From the NCBI GenBank assembly GCA_039585235.1, contig JBDGWG010000002.1, forward strand, positions 27,346 to 91,345: 64,000 nucleotides of DNA, read 5' to 3'. Position numbers and translations under genes: made by a program. Below the pieces are notes generated by a model, which was given only the letters and a program-made list of their open reading frames with translations, was not told the origin of the DNA and did not search any database. The stretch is from Gemmatimonadota bacterium (lineage in GTDB: Bacteria; Gemmatimonadota; Gemmatimonadetes; Palauibacterales; Palauibacteraceae). This document shows, one piece after another, positions 21,289 through 30,568 of the stretch; the first letter of the stretch is position 1, and the number at the start of each line of letters is the position of its first letter.

Positions 21289-21849
21289 TCAGCGGTTGAA
21301 GAGGTCGGGCTCCGACCGGAGGTACGAGACTTCGATGGTGACGGCGGTACGCGCTTGTGGAAGAAGCCACTCGGACTCCGTGAGATATCCGTCCAGGTAC
21401 GAAGCGTCTTCAACCAGCAGGGTACTTACGAACGGACCGCTACGGAAGAGCGCCGGCAACTCCTCGGATCCCGGCGGAGGAAGTTGAGCCGACACCGCCG
21501 CCAATTCCATCTCCAGGGGTACGCTCGCCGCAAAGGGAAGCCAGAACAGCGCCAGCAGGCCGACGGCCGCCACGCCGACGAGTGCAGCGCTCCCACCGAA
21601 GCTCCTGCGACCTTCCGCGACACCGCAGTCCACGTTGTACAAGCGGTGCCGCAGCCGAGGCATGAAGTCGTCGGAACTCTCGGCGAGGGGGATGTCCGAC
21701 AGGAGCTCGAGGCCACGCTGCATGACGCGGTGATAGCGAGCACAACAGGGACAGTCCGCCAGATGGGTCTCGAACTCCGCCAGTCCTGCGGCGTCGAGGA
21801 GACCGTCTCCGTAGTCCGTGTACCGTTCAATGAATTGGTCGCACGACAT
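21289..21849 (-). CDS. zinc-finger (ZAS) anti-sigma factor, single TM
   Basis: HLADCPCCARYH (HxxxCxxC) N-terminal motif, a central TM helix, 186 aa, immediately downstream of an ECF sigma gene. Confidence 0.8.
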   Translation of the reverse strand: MSCDQFIERYTDYGDGLLDAAGLAEFETHLADCPCCARYHRVMQRGLELLSDIPLAESSDDFMPRLRHRLYNVDCGVAEGRRSFGGSAALVGVAAVGLLALFWLPFAASVPLEMELAAVSAQLPPPGSEELPALFRSGPFVSTLLVEDASYLDGYLTESEWLLPQARTAVTIEVSYLRSEPDLFNR

Positions 21850-21965
21850 CGCGAATGCCAGATCTCGTCCGTTAGCACCCCAGCGGCCCGATGCGGGCCG
21901 ATCGACTCCAGCGTGCGATTACTACGCGCGTGTCGAGAGGTTGTTCCACGGGTTCCCTGATGCAG

Positions 21966-21991
21966 GAGAGGCGGCCATCGGGCCGCCTCTC
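21966..21991. repeat. perfect 11-bp stem / 4-nt loop hairpin (GAGAGGCGGCC-ATCG-GGCCGCCTCTC) in the 170-nt spacer between the ECF sigma and ZAS anti-sigma genes
   Basis: Read directly from the sequence. Confidence 0.65.
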
Positions 21992-22019
21992 TGCGTGTTT
22001 GCGTCGGGTTTTGCGGCGG

Positions 22020-22673
22020 CTACTCCAGCATCGGCCCGATAATCAGGGCGAACTTGTTCCGCGCCCGGTTCAGCCGTGATTTCACAGTCCCCAGCGTGAC
22101 GCCGGTGATCTCCGAAATTTCCTCGTATGTCTTGCCCTCCATCTCGCGCAGGACGAACACGACCCGGTGATGCTCCGGAAGCTCGGCCACCGCCTTTTCG
22201 ACCTGCTCCCTCAGGTGCCGCTTGCGGAACAGATCGTCCGGCGAGTAGGTGCTGTCCTCCCACTGCAGGGGCCTGTGATCGGCCTCCCAGTGCTTCTTGA
22301 TCGCCTGGAACAGCACCAGAGGATTGCGGGACCGGTTTCGCAGTTCGTTCTTCGCCAGGTTGCTCGCGATCGTGTAGATCCACGTCGAGAACTTCTTGGT
22401 CGGGTCGAACCTGTGCAGGTGACGGTACACGCGCACGAACGTCTCCTGGACCAGGTCTTCGGCTCGATCCCGGTCTCCGATCGTACGGTAGATGAAGTTC
22501 AGGAGACGCGTGTGGTAGCGCTCGGCGAGCTCGTGGAAGGCGTGCCGTCGGCCCTCCAGATACGCCGCCACCAGCGCTGCGTCATCCAGTTCCTTGAGGT
22601 TCGATCGCAGCGTCCGCTCGCCGACACGCGCCTCGGAACCTTCGAGTCTCCCGATCTCTATCGCGTTGGCCAT
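22020..22673 (-). CDS. RNA polymerase ECF-type sigma factor
   Basis: Sigma-70 region 2 (LVQETFVRVYRHL, FSTWIYTIA) and region 4 HTH, 217 aa. Confidence 0.9.
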   Translation of the reverse strand: MANAIEIGRLEGSEARVGERTLRSNLKELDDAALVAAYLEGRRHAFHELAERYHTRLLNFIYRTIGDRDRAEDLVQETFVRVYRHLHRFDPTKKFSTWIYTIASNLAKNELRNRSRNPLVLFQAIKKHWEADHRPLQWEDSTYSPDDLFRKRHLREQVEKAVAELPEHHRVVFVLREMEGKTYEEISEITGVTLGTVKSRLNRARNKFALIIGPMLE

Positions 22674-22884
22674 CGTTTTCTCCCGCGTTCCCCGTCTGTC
22701 CCGGCTTCCCCGCCCGGCAGCGGACCGTGAACCGGGTGCCGAGCCTGGAAGGGCACCCCGAAGGTCACTCGCTGTCGTTTCTATGAATCTCCCGGCGCAG
22801 TCACCACCGGGTCAGGTCTTCTCCCTGCCCTTCTGACACCTGCCGGTCGACGATTGTTGCTCTGCACACGTGAGCGAAAGGCAA

Positions 22885-23472
22885 TCACGCTCTCCACAGT
22901 CCCGGCGCAACCGCCGCCATCAGCACCAGGCTGACAGTCTTTCCGTCCACGATGTCACCGGACAAGACCAGTTCCACTGCCCGCGCCAGGGGCATCCTGT
23001 GGCACTCGATGACCTCGTGCTCCTCCAGGGCCTGCTGGCCTTCCGTCAGGCCCGTGGCCAGGAAGAGGTGAATGCGCTCGTCCGAGAATCCCGGCGTAGT
23101 GAGGAGGGTCGTGAGCGGAACCAGCCGGCTGGCCGTGACACCCGCCTCCTCTTCGAGTTCCCGGGCTGCACAGGCCTCCGGGGACTCCCCCTCATCCAGC
23201 TTGCCCGCCGGTGCTTCCCAAAGCGTGCCGCCCGCGGCGTACCTGTACTGCCGTAACAGGATCACGTCCGGGCCCGTTCCGCGCTCGCAATCCTCACGTC
23301 GGTACAACGGGAGGACGGCAGCAGCACCCCGATGCCGAACGATTTCGAGGATACCCTCGCTTCCGCTCGGGAACCGCACGGTGTCCTCTCGAACGTTCAG
23401 AATCGTGCCGCAGTACACGGAACGGCTCGCCCGCACTTCGACGTCTTCGGGCGTCATGTCTGAATCGGTCAA
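22885..23472 (-). CDS. NUDIX hydrolase (ADP-ribose pyrophosphatase-like)
   Basis: Nudix box GKLDEGESPEACAARELEEEAGV. Confidence 0.85.
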   Translation of the reverse strand: MTDSDMTPEDVEVRASRSVYCGTILNVREDTVRFPSGSEGILEIVRHRGAAAVLPLYRREDCERGTGPDVILLRQYRYAAGGTLWEAPAGKLDEGESPEACAARELEEEAGVTASRLVPLTTLLTTPGFSDERIHLFLATGLTEGQQALEEHEVIECHRMPLARAVELVLSGDIVDGKTVSLVLMAAVAPGLWRA

Positions 23473-23520
23473 TCGGTCACCGTGGACACATATTCAGAAT
23501 AACCGAAAACATACCGAAGC

Positions 23521-24867
23521 TCAAGGCGCCTCACGGAGCGTGACGGATCCCAGGTTCTCGAGGCCCGGCAACACGGCCTCGGCGTCGCCCACCACGAGAA
23601 CCACGAGCGTGCCGGGGTCCAGCAGCCGAACGGCCAGTTCCTGCACGTTGCGGCGCGAAACTGCCTCGATCCGGGCCGGGAAGGCGCTCCAGTAGTCGTC
23701 GGGGAGGTCGTAGACCACTTGTTCGACGAGCGTCGCCGCGATCTGGCGGTTCGTCTCGAAGCGGAGGGGCAGCGATCGGGTCAGTGCCCCGGCAGCCGTC
23801 CGCATCTCGCCGTCGGTGGGCAGCGAGTCGCCCATCCGACCGGCCTCCCCGAGCATCTCGCGCACCGCGTCCGCAGTGACAGCCGTCTCGACTGCGGCCT
23901 GCACGGTCGCGGGGCCGGGCAAGCGCCGAAGCGCGAGCCTGGATCTGGCGCCGTACGTCCACCCTTTGTCTTCGCGGAGGTTCAGATTGAGACGCGAGTT
24001 GAACAGCCCACCGAAGATCGCGTTGGTCACGCGGGCGGCTGGCTCGTCGGGATCCCCCCGGCGCAGGCCGATGCCTGCGATCCGGATCTCCGACTGGCCG
24101 CTTCCGGGACGGTCCACGAGCACGATTCCGGGACTCGAAACTCGCTGGACGGAGGCCGCAGGCCGGCCGTCTACCTCGGGGCCGCGCCAGCTGCCGAACC
24201 GCTGCGTCACCAGGTCCTCGAAGTCGTCCGGCAGATCGCCGCACGCGACCAGTGTCGCCACACGGGGGCTGAACCGGTCTCCATGAAACTCGGCCAGGTC
24301 CGCGCGTCCCAGGTGCTCGACCGTTTCCAGGCGGCCACGGGGCAGCCGTCCGTACGGATGTTCCCCGTACAGGAGTTCGGCCAGGACGTCGGCGGCGACG
24401 TCCGCAGGGTCGTCCCTCGATCTTCGGATCGCGTCCAGACGCTCGCCGCGGCATCGCTCGACCTCGATTTCCAGGAAATCGGGCTCGAGCGCCACGGCCG
24501 ACAGAGCGTCCAGGGCGGGCTCGAGCTGCTCGGACAGTGCGTGTACGCGCAGGATCATCGCATCGTACCCGACCGCCACGTCGAAGTGGAGACCCAGTCC
24601 ATCCAGCCACACGGCCATCTCGCGGGCGCTTCTTCCGCCAGCGCCCTCCGGCAGGACCTTTGCCACGAGGGATGCGAGCCCCGCGTCGCCGGCGCTCGTG
24701 GAGTCCGCACCCGCGGGCAGTACCAGACTCAGTGCCGCCTCGGGCAATCGGTCCCGACGCACGGCGGCCACGCTCATCTCGTTTTCGAGACAGCCGCGGC
24801 CGGGACGAGGAGTCTCCAGGACCGGGGCCACACCCGGCTCCGGGGCACGCGATCGATCCAGGCTCAC
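23521..24867 (-). CDS. M16 family peptidase, non-catalytic subunit (lacks HxxEH)
   Basis: 448 aa with the insulinase fold but no zinc-binding inverzincin motif. It overlaps the upstream M16 gene by ATGA. Confidence 0.75.
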   Translation of the reverse strand: MSLDRSRAPEPGVAPVLETPRPGRGCLENEMSVAAVRRDRLPEAALSLVLPAGADSTSAGDAGLASLVAKVLPEGAGGRSAREMAVWLDGLGLHFDVAVGYDAMILRVHALSEQLEPALDALSAVALEPDFLEIEVERCRGERLDAIRRSRDDPADVAADVLAELLYGEHPYGRLPRGRLETVEHLGRADLAEFHGDRFSPRVATLVACGDLPDDFEDLVTQRFGSWRGPEVDGRPAASVQRVSSPGIVLVDRPGSGQSEIRIAGIGLRRGDPDEPAARVTNAIFGGLFNSRLNLNLREDKGWTYGARSRLALRRLPGPATVQAAVETAVTADAVREMLGEAGRMGDSLPTDGEMRTAAGALTRSLPLRFETNRQIAATLVEQVVYDLPDDYWSAFPARIEAVSRRNVQELAVRLLDPGTLVVLVVGDAEAVLPGLENLGSVTLREAP

Positions 24868-26180
24868 CGGGGGTCCTCGAGCAGTGGGGCCGGCGGACCA
24901 CCCGGCTCGCGCGGAATCACGTGCACCACGGTTCGGCGCTCTGTAAGCAGAAGCGTCGACGCGAGATCCCTCAGGCCTGCCTCATCGACAGCGTCGTATC
25001 GATCGAAGGATGTGTTCACGTACTCGGCCTCGCCGCGCACGACCGCGGCATGGGCGAAGGCGCTCGCGCGTCCGCCCATACTCCCGAGTTGAAGGAGCAG
25101 CTGACGACGGGCGCGACGGCGGGCCCCCGAGACCTCCTCCCCGCCGGGCGGCAAGTCGGCAAGCCGAGCGATCGTCTCATCCACACCGGTCTGAAGAGCC
25201 TCCGCGCTCACGCCGGGTCGCGCCGTCGCCACCACCCACAGCATCCCGACGCTCTCGAGGGGCCACACGAAGGCATGCACGTCGGCAGCGAGGCGCCGTT
25301 CGTACACGAGATCCTGGTACAGGCGCGAGGAGCGCCCTCCGGCGAGAAGAGAGGCGAGCAACGCGGACGTCTCGTAGTCGGAGGACCGAACGGACGGACC
25401 GTGGTACATCGTGTAGACACGTGGGACACTCACCGAATCCTCGAGCCGGACGATGGACGGAGAGCCGCGCACGGCGGTGCTTACAGACGGCCGCTCGGGA
25501 GGCGGTCGCGAGGGGATCTCGCCGAAGTACCGGTCCGCCCGGCGCAGCGCGTCTTCCGGGTCGATGTCTCCGCAAATCACCAGCACGGCGTTCCCGGGCC
25601 CGTACCAGGTGCGGAAGAAGTCCTTCACGTCGTCCAGGCTCGCCCGGTCCAGGTCGTCCATGTAGCCGATGGTCGGGTGGCGGTATGGATGCCCGGACGG
25701 GAAGGCCTGCTGGAGAACCGTCTCCGCGGCCAGTCCATACGGACGATTCTCGTACGATTGCCGGCGTTCGTTCTTCACGACATCGCGCTGGTTGTCCAGC
25801 TTCGCCTGCGTGATCGAAGCGAGGAACCAGCCCATGCGATCGGCCTCCAGCCACAGGGCGAGATCCAGCTGATGAGAGGGGACCGTCTCGAAGTAGTTGG
25901 TCCGGTCGAACCACGTCGAGCCGTTCAGCGTCCCCCCCGCCTCCTGGATGAGGCGGAAGTGCTCTGCCTCGTCGACGTGCTCCGATCCCTGAAACAGCAG
26001 GTGCTCGAACAGGTGCGCGAAGCCTGTCCCGCCGCGACGCTCATTCGTCGACCCGACGTGATACATGAGATGCACGGCGACGACGGGGCTCGAGCGATCC
26101 GGATGCAGGATCACTCTCAGCCCGTTGTCGAGCTCTCGTGTCTCGAACGGAAACCGAATGGCGCGCGTCGGGGTGGTCAC
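24864..26180 (-). CDS. M16 family zinc peptidase, catalytic subunit
   Basis: HLFEHLLFQG (HxxEH) with a downstream glutamate region, 438 aa. Confidence 0.85.
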   Translation of the reverse strand: MTTPTRAIRFPFETRELDNGLRVILHPDRSSPVVAVHLMYHVGSTNERRGGTGFAHLFEHLLFQGSEHVDEAEHFRLIQEAGGTLNGSTWFDRTNYFETVPSHQLDLALWLEADRMGWFLASITQAKLDNQRDVVKNERRQSYENRPYGLAAETVLQQAFPSGHPYRHPTIGYMDDLDRASLDDVKDFFRTWYGPGNAVLVICGDIDPEDALRRADRYFGEIPSRPPPERPSVSTAVRGSPSIVRLEDSVSVPRVYTMYHGPSVRSSDYETSALLASLLAGGRSSRLYQDLVYERRLAADVHAFVWPLESVGMLWVVATARPGVSAEALQTGVDETIARLADLPPGGEEVSGARRRARRQLLLQLGSMGGRASAFAHAAVVRGEAEYVNTSFDRYDAVDEAGLRDLASTLLLTERRTVVHVIPREPGGPPAPLLEDPR

Positions 26181-26224
26181 GGTGGCCGAAGGTATCGGCC
26201 ACCGCGGCTCACCTCAACGGTCGT

Positions 26225-27331
26225 TCAGTCCGCTTGCTCGACCCGTGCCGCCAGAAGCGGTCCCGGCCGCAGGTCGTACGACAGCACGGCCGGGGTCGGC
26301 AGGTGCCGTACGGCGAGAAGGCGGTCCCTACGAGCGTCCACCGCGATCGCCATGGCATCCGCGTCCAGGTGCAGGACCGAATGCAGCGTGCCGTCCCAGT
26401 CGAACACGTGTACCTCGCGTCCATACACCGCGTCGTCCGGGTGGCCGGCGCGCGTCCGGCCGGAGAACAGCGCGTAGATCCGGTCTCTCGTGGCAGCCAC
26501 GTCCACGTAACCGAAGCGTAGGTCGTCGCCTGTCGCCAGGCTGGGACCCCGTTCACCCATCCTCACATCGAACGCTGGCTCGAAGCTGAACGGTCCGTCG
26601 ATGCGGTGCACAGGCTCTCCATCGGACGTGAAGATCTCCAGGAATCCGGCGTGCCGATTGGCGAACACTAACCGGCTGCCAGTCGGGTCGGCCTTCAGGT
26701 TGCCCCGATAGGCGTGCTGCAGTACCTCGGGTGGGGCCTCGATGGCGGAGGTCGGCAGGGTGCCCGAGGCCCCCTCGTATTCGCCGTCCTCCGTGAAGTG
26801 CCCCAGGCGCCCCTCGGCGAACAGCCCTGCCGCAAGGAAGCCTTCATCCCAGCGCCGCACGAGGTTTGTGACCATCGCCGGCCCGTGGATGGAAAGCGTC
26901 ACCCGCGCGGACGCGGGAATCGCCTCCCACCGATCCGGCTCGACCAGCGTGAGGCGGGACAGCGCGGCGTCGAATACCCAGAATCCGTGCCCGTCCGCGG
27001 TCGGCTCCAGCGCGCGCGGTCCTTCGAACTCCCCCGGGCCTTCTCCGGCACGGCCGAGCCCCGCGACGTAGCCACCGGCCGCGTCCAGCACGTGGACCGG
27101 GCGTTCGGCGATTCCGTCGACCAGCGCGATGCGGTCATTCCCGACGGCGATCTGGGTAGGCATCGCCAGCACGTCGCCGTCGTACAGCGTCGTGGCCGTC
27201 AACTGGATTCCCGCGATCGACGCCGGCCCCAGGTCGTCATCCGGGGGGGGAGGCGTGTACGAACCGAAGGCCAACCCCATCCAGGCGATGAACGCGGCGC
27301 CGCCGAGTGGGGCCTTCACGAGCGTGTTCAC
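26225..27331 (-). CDS. secreted beta-propeller (NHL-repeat-like) protein of unknown function
   Basis: N-terminal hydrophobic signal, then repeated Gly/Asp-rich blade-like segments (VHVLDAAGGYV..., FWVFDAALSRL...). Its start overlaps the stop of the 67-aa peptide gene as ATGA. Confidence 0.5.
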   Translation of the reverse strand: MNTLVKAPLGGAAFIAWMGLAFGSYTPPPPDDDLGPASIAGIQLTATTLYDGDVLAMPTQIAVGNDRIALVDGIAERPVHVLDAAGGYVAGLGRAGEGPGEFEGPRALEPTADGHGFWVFDAALSRLTLVEPDRWEAIPASARVTLSIHGPAMVTNLVRRWDEGFLAAGLFAEGRLGHFTEDGEYEGASGTLPTSAIEAPPEVLQHAYRGNLKADPTGSRLVFANRHAGFLEIFTSDGEPVHRIDGPFSFEPAFDVRMGERGPSLATGDDLRFGYVDVAATRDRIYALFSGRTRAGHPDDAVYGREVHVFDWDGTLHSVLHLDADAMAIAVDARRDRLLAVRHLPTPAVLSYDLRPGPLLAARVEQAD

Positions 27332-27531
27332 TCCGCCACCGTGTAGGCGTTCCAGACATCCGCGCTACCGGCCATGCATACTGAGTCGATCTCCCGTTGG
27401 CAGTCGCCCCCGTGCTGTCTGGAACAGGCCAGGTTGTCCTGCACGCCTCCTTGCGCGCTGAACGTGACCGGCGTGAGCACGAACAGAGCGCACACGAGGG
27501 CCGAGCGGGTGACCAGCTTGATGAGACGCAT
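27328..27531 (-). CDS. small secreted cysteine-containing peptide (67 aa precursor)
   Basis: Classic Sec signal (MRLIKLVTRSALVCALFVLTPVTFSA|QGG) and a mature part of about 40 aa with 3 Cys. It is translationally coupled to the beta-propeller gene. Confidence 0.5.
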   Translation of the reverse strand: MRLIKLVTRSALVCALFVLTPVTFSAQGGVQDNLACSRQHGGDCQREIDSVCMAGSADVWNAYTVAE

Positions 27532-27645
27532 GACAACCTCCGCTATGGAGTAGACGAGGCCGGGAAACGGGACGGCCAGAGACGGCGGATCGACGTGAAC
27601 TCGCGACCAGCCGGTACCGTTGGACGGCGAGGCAGGCCCGCCGAC

Positions 27646-29793
27646 TCAGGCCGTGTCGCGAGATCCGAGCAGCAGGACCTCGAGGTGCCTGACGGCCTCC
27701 ATCAGGCTATCGGTACGGGCCCGGATCATTCCGGCCCGATCGATGACGTAGTAGCCGCGACTCCCCCACTCTCCAAGTGCCGTGCCGAGCTTGGAGCGCG
27801 GGTCGTGGTGCGCCGGAAGTCCAAGGCCGGCCTCGCGGATGAACACCTGGAGCGATTCGGAATCCAACTCCGACGTGACCCACAGCAGCTGACCGGGCCC
27901 GCCCGCGAGCAGGTTCCGCGCCCGGACGACCTCCTCCGTGTCTTCCGCCGAGCCGAACACCCGGCGGTCCCACACCAGCAAGACCGCAGGCCGGCCGGCC
28001 AGGAGGCTCTCAAGCGTGATAGGCTGTCCGGTCGATGTGCGAAGTTCGCTCGGCGGAAGTCCACGGCGGAACTGATTCGCGAGCACGCGCTGGACCATCT
28101 CACTCTCGGCCCGCTCGCGGCCCGCTCGCAGATCAGCCGTCGACACGGGCGGAAGCCGGTGCCGAAGGGAATCGACCGATTTCCGGGAATAGACCGGGTC
28201 GGCGTCGAGTCGATGGAAGTCAGCGAGTGCGGCCTGCTTGCCTCCCTCGAGAAGACGTGCCTCGAGCCGCGCCCGGTACAGCTCCGGGAGCCACTGGCCG
28301 AGGGAGTCAGCGGCCTCGAGCTCCCGCATTGCCGCGTCCAAGTCTCCGGAGGCCATGAGCTGCTCGGCGAGCTCGACTCGGAGGTTCGCCCGAAGTCGAA
28401 GGGACCCGCGGTGGACCTCCTCCAGCGTGGAGTTGAGCGGCCGCACTTCGTCCGCCGCTTCGCCTAGGTGAGCCAGGAGTCTTCGGATCTCCGAGATCCC
28501 GCGTTCGCGGGTCTCGGGATCCATCACAAGGGCCAGTGCCAGGTCCCGGATCCACAGGTCGTCACCATCCACGTCGAGGCCTCGCAAGGCCCACCTGTGC
28601 GCCGCTTTCCTGTCACCGGCCCGTATTGCTGCCTGGAAGCCCTCCTTGTAGATCGCGTTCGCTTCTGACCCGTGAGTGGACCACAGTCTCTCCAGATACG
28701 CCAGCGCCTGAACCGGCTCAGTATAGAATGCAGACACCCGAGCGCTCACGACCAGGCGATGGGCCGCGTCCAACGCTTCCAGTCGCGCCAACCACTCACC
28801 GAAGGCCGCCGTGTCCTCCAGAGAAGCCGCGTAGCGCGCCATCGCGGCTGTTTCCTCGGCCGAGGACTCGAGCCGCTCGGCACGATTCTGAAGTCCGCGG
28901 AAGATCTCGCGGTGCCGGGCCAGCCCGGCCGCCGCCTCGTCGGGCAGCTGCACCGGCAGCTCATGCGCCAGCTGAAGGGACCATCCCTCAGCCCGCTCCG
29001 GGTAGAGCAGAGTCATCTCGTGGAGTACTGCCGCGGCATCTGGCCAGCTCCGATTCTGCAGCACGAGGAACTCCTGGCGGAGAGCTCCGAGACGCGGAGT
29101 GCCATCGTCGCCGTGCGCCCGCATGCTCCACAGGCGGCCGCCACGATCGTCCACTCGGTCGCCGGCAGAAGTCTCAACGGCCATGGACGCGAAAGCGAAA
29201 TCCGGCGGAAGCTGGAAGCTGCCGATGTACCGTCCCTCTGCGTCGGGACGGAGGATCACCTCCGCATGCGTTCCCAGGGTCTCGCGCGGAGGTTCGGAAT
29301 CGGGCCGCCTGAGACGCAGGCGCAGGCGCACTTCCGCCTCGCCCGCCAGCTCGGTCGCCGGCCTGTACGACAGGTGGACTTCCTCTCCTGGAACGGGTCT
29401 CGGTGGATCGAACTTGAGCTCGCTGACGCCCGCGCCGGCCTCAGGTGCGAAAAACAGGGGCGCGAGAAGTGCCAGGCTTGCGATGATCGCGACGGCAGCG
29501 ACAGCCGGCAGCGCCCGGCGTGGCGAGCGCTGCGGCGCCGATATGGCCGGGAGAATCGACCTCAGGCCCTCCGACCGGCTCCGCAGAACGTCCTCCAGCA
29601 GCTCCCGGGGCGGCGTGGGGTGCCTCATGTCGCGGCCGGCATTACGAAGGCTCCCGAGGAACGACAGGCGCCCCGAGCACTTCGGGCAGGCCGCGACGTG
29701 CTCGATCGCAAGACCGCGCGAATCGGCATCCAGCTCGTCGTCCGCGAGCCGATTCAGCTCGCGCCACGAGAGGTGTCTGCTCAGCCTGACCAT
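27646..29793 (-). CDS. ZAS-type anti-sigma factor with large periplasmic TPR-like region and C-terminal thioredoxin-like (TlpA-like, Cys-less) domain
   Basis: N-terminus EHVAACPKCSG (HxxxCxxC), one TM, helical repeats, and a C-terminus with LLVWDRRVFG...YYVIDRAGMIR resembling the redoxin fold but without a CxxC motif. It overlaps the upstream ECF sigma gene by 13 nt. Confidence 0.7.
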   Translation of the reverse strand: MVRLSRHLSWRELNRLADDELDADSRGLAIEHVAACPKCSGRLSFLGSLRNAGRDMRHPTPPRELLEDVLRSRSEGLRSILPAISAPQRSPRRALPAVAAVAIIASLALLAPLFFAPEAGAGVSELKFDPPRPVPGEEVHLSYRPATELAGEAEVRLRLRLRRPDSEPPRETLGTHAEVILRPDAEGRYIGSFQLPPDFAFASMAVETSAGDRVDDRGGRLWSMRAHGDDGTPRLGALRQEFLVLQNRSWPDAAAVLHEMTLLYPERAEGWSLQLAHELPVQLPDEAAAGLARHREIFRGLQNRAERLESSAEETAAMARYAASLEDTAAFGEWLARLEALDAAHRLVVSARVSAFYTEPVQALAYLERLWSTHGSEANAIYKEGFQAAIRAGDRKAAHRWALRGLDVDGDDLWIRDLALALVMDPETRERGISEIRRLLAHLGEAADEVRPLNSTLEEVHRGSLRLRANLRVELAEQLMASGDLDAAMRELEAADSLGQWLPELYRARLEARLLEGGKQAALADFHRLDADPVYSRKSVDSLRHRLPPVSTADLRAGRERAESEMVQRVLANQFRRGLPPSELRTSTGQPITLESLLAGRPAVLLVWDRRVFGSAEDTEEVVRARNLLAGGPGQLLWVTSELDSESLQVFIREAGLGLPAHHDPRSKLGTALGEWGSRGYYVIDRAGMIRARTDSLMEAVRHLEVLLLGSRDTA

Positions 29794-30356
29794 GGGCTGC
29801 CTCGCAATATGTCGCTCAACCGCTTCCGGGCCCTGTGGAGGCGGACCGCGGTCGCGCTCTTCGTGATCCCGAGAAGATCCGCGATCTCCTGGTACTTCAG
29901 CCCTTCCAGTTCCCTGAGCACCAGGACCGACCGGAGGTCCGGGCTCAACTCGTCGAGCGCCTTCTCCAGTGTGATCCGATCGACGACCGCCTCCTGCCGG
30001 GGCCGGACCGCCAGCTCGCGCAGCGCGGGTAATGGCACTTCACGGCGTCGCCGGGAGGCACGGAGGCGCATCTGCGAAGTCCGCACGGCGACCCCGCGAA
30101 GCCACGACGGAAAAGGGCGCTCTGGGTCGTAGCGTTGTATCGCCTCGGGTAAGCCGAGGAACAGGTCGTGCGTCACGTCATATGCGTCGGCGGACGAGCC
30201 GGTGAGCCGAAGGGCGATCCGATACACGTCATCCGCGTACCACAGGTAGATCTCCCGCAAGGCTTCCGTGTCACCGCGCGCCAGGCGCGACAGTAGGTCC
30301 GGATTCGGTCTCTTCTCGCTCACGCTCGCTCGTCGGTCATCGACCCGATGCTGCAT
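29781..30356 (-). CDS. RNA polymerase ECF-type sigma factor
   Basis: Regions 2 and 4 present (DVTHDLFLGL, ELEGLKYQEIADLLGITKSATAVRLHRARKRL). The start was chosen at the internal Met (MQHRV...) because the 79-aa N-terminal extension in the ORF track looks non-coding. Confidence 0.85.
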   Translation of the reverse strand: MQHRVDDRRASVSEKRPNPDLLSRLARGDTEALREIYLWYADDVYRIALRLTGSSADAYDVTHDLFLGLPEAIQRYDPERPFPSWLRGVAVRTSQMRLRASRRRREVPLPALRELAVRPRQEAVVDRITLEKALDELSPDLRSVLVLRELEGLKYQEIADLLGITKSATAVRLHRARKRLSDILRGSPWSG

Positions 30357-30568
30357 CGAGGGGCTCAACCAGATCTCAACCGACCCTACCTTAGTATTTG
30401 CCGGTCGGCACCCTAATATTACAGATATGCACCGCATCCGCTCTGTTGACGGTCCGCTCGAGCAGCCTGCGAGCCGTACTCGCGGGAGCCACATGTAATT
30501 ATTCAGGGTCGAAAGGCATATACTTAGTAGAGAGTTGTATCGACTCACCCCAATGCGAGGGTGCGAGT

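Noticed and set aside
30398-30568. N-terminal 57-aa extension of the XRE regulator ORF (TTG start at 30398)
   Set aside because: The extension is Cys/Ser-rich, non-helical, and reads through the AT-rich promoter patch. The ATG at 30569 precedes the HTH domain directly.
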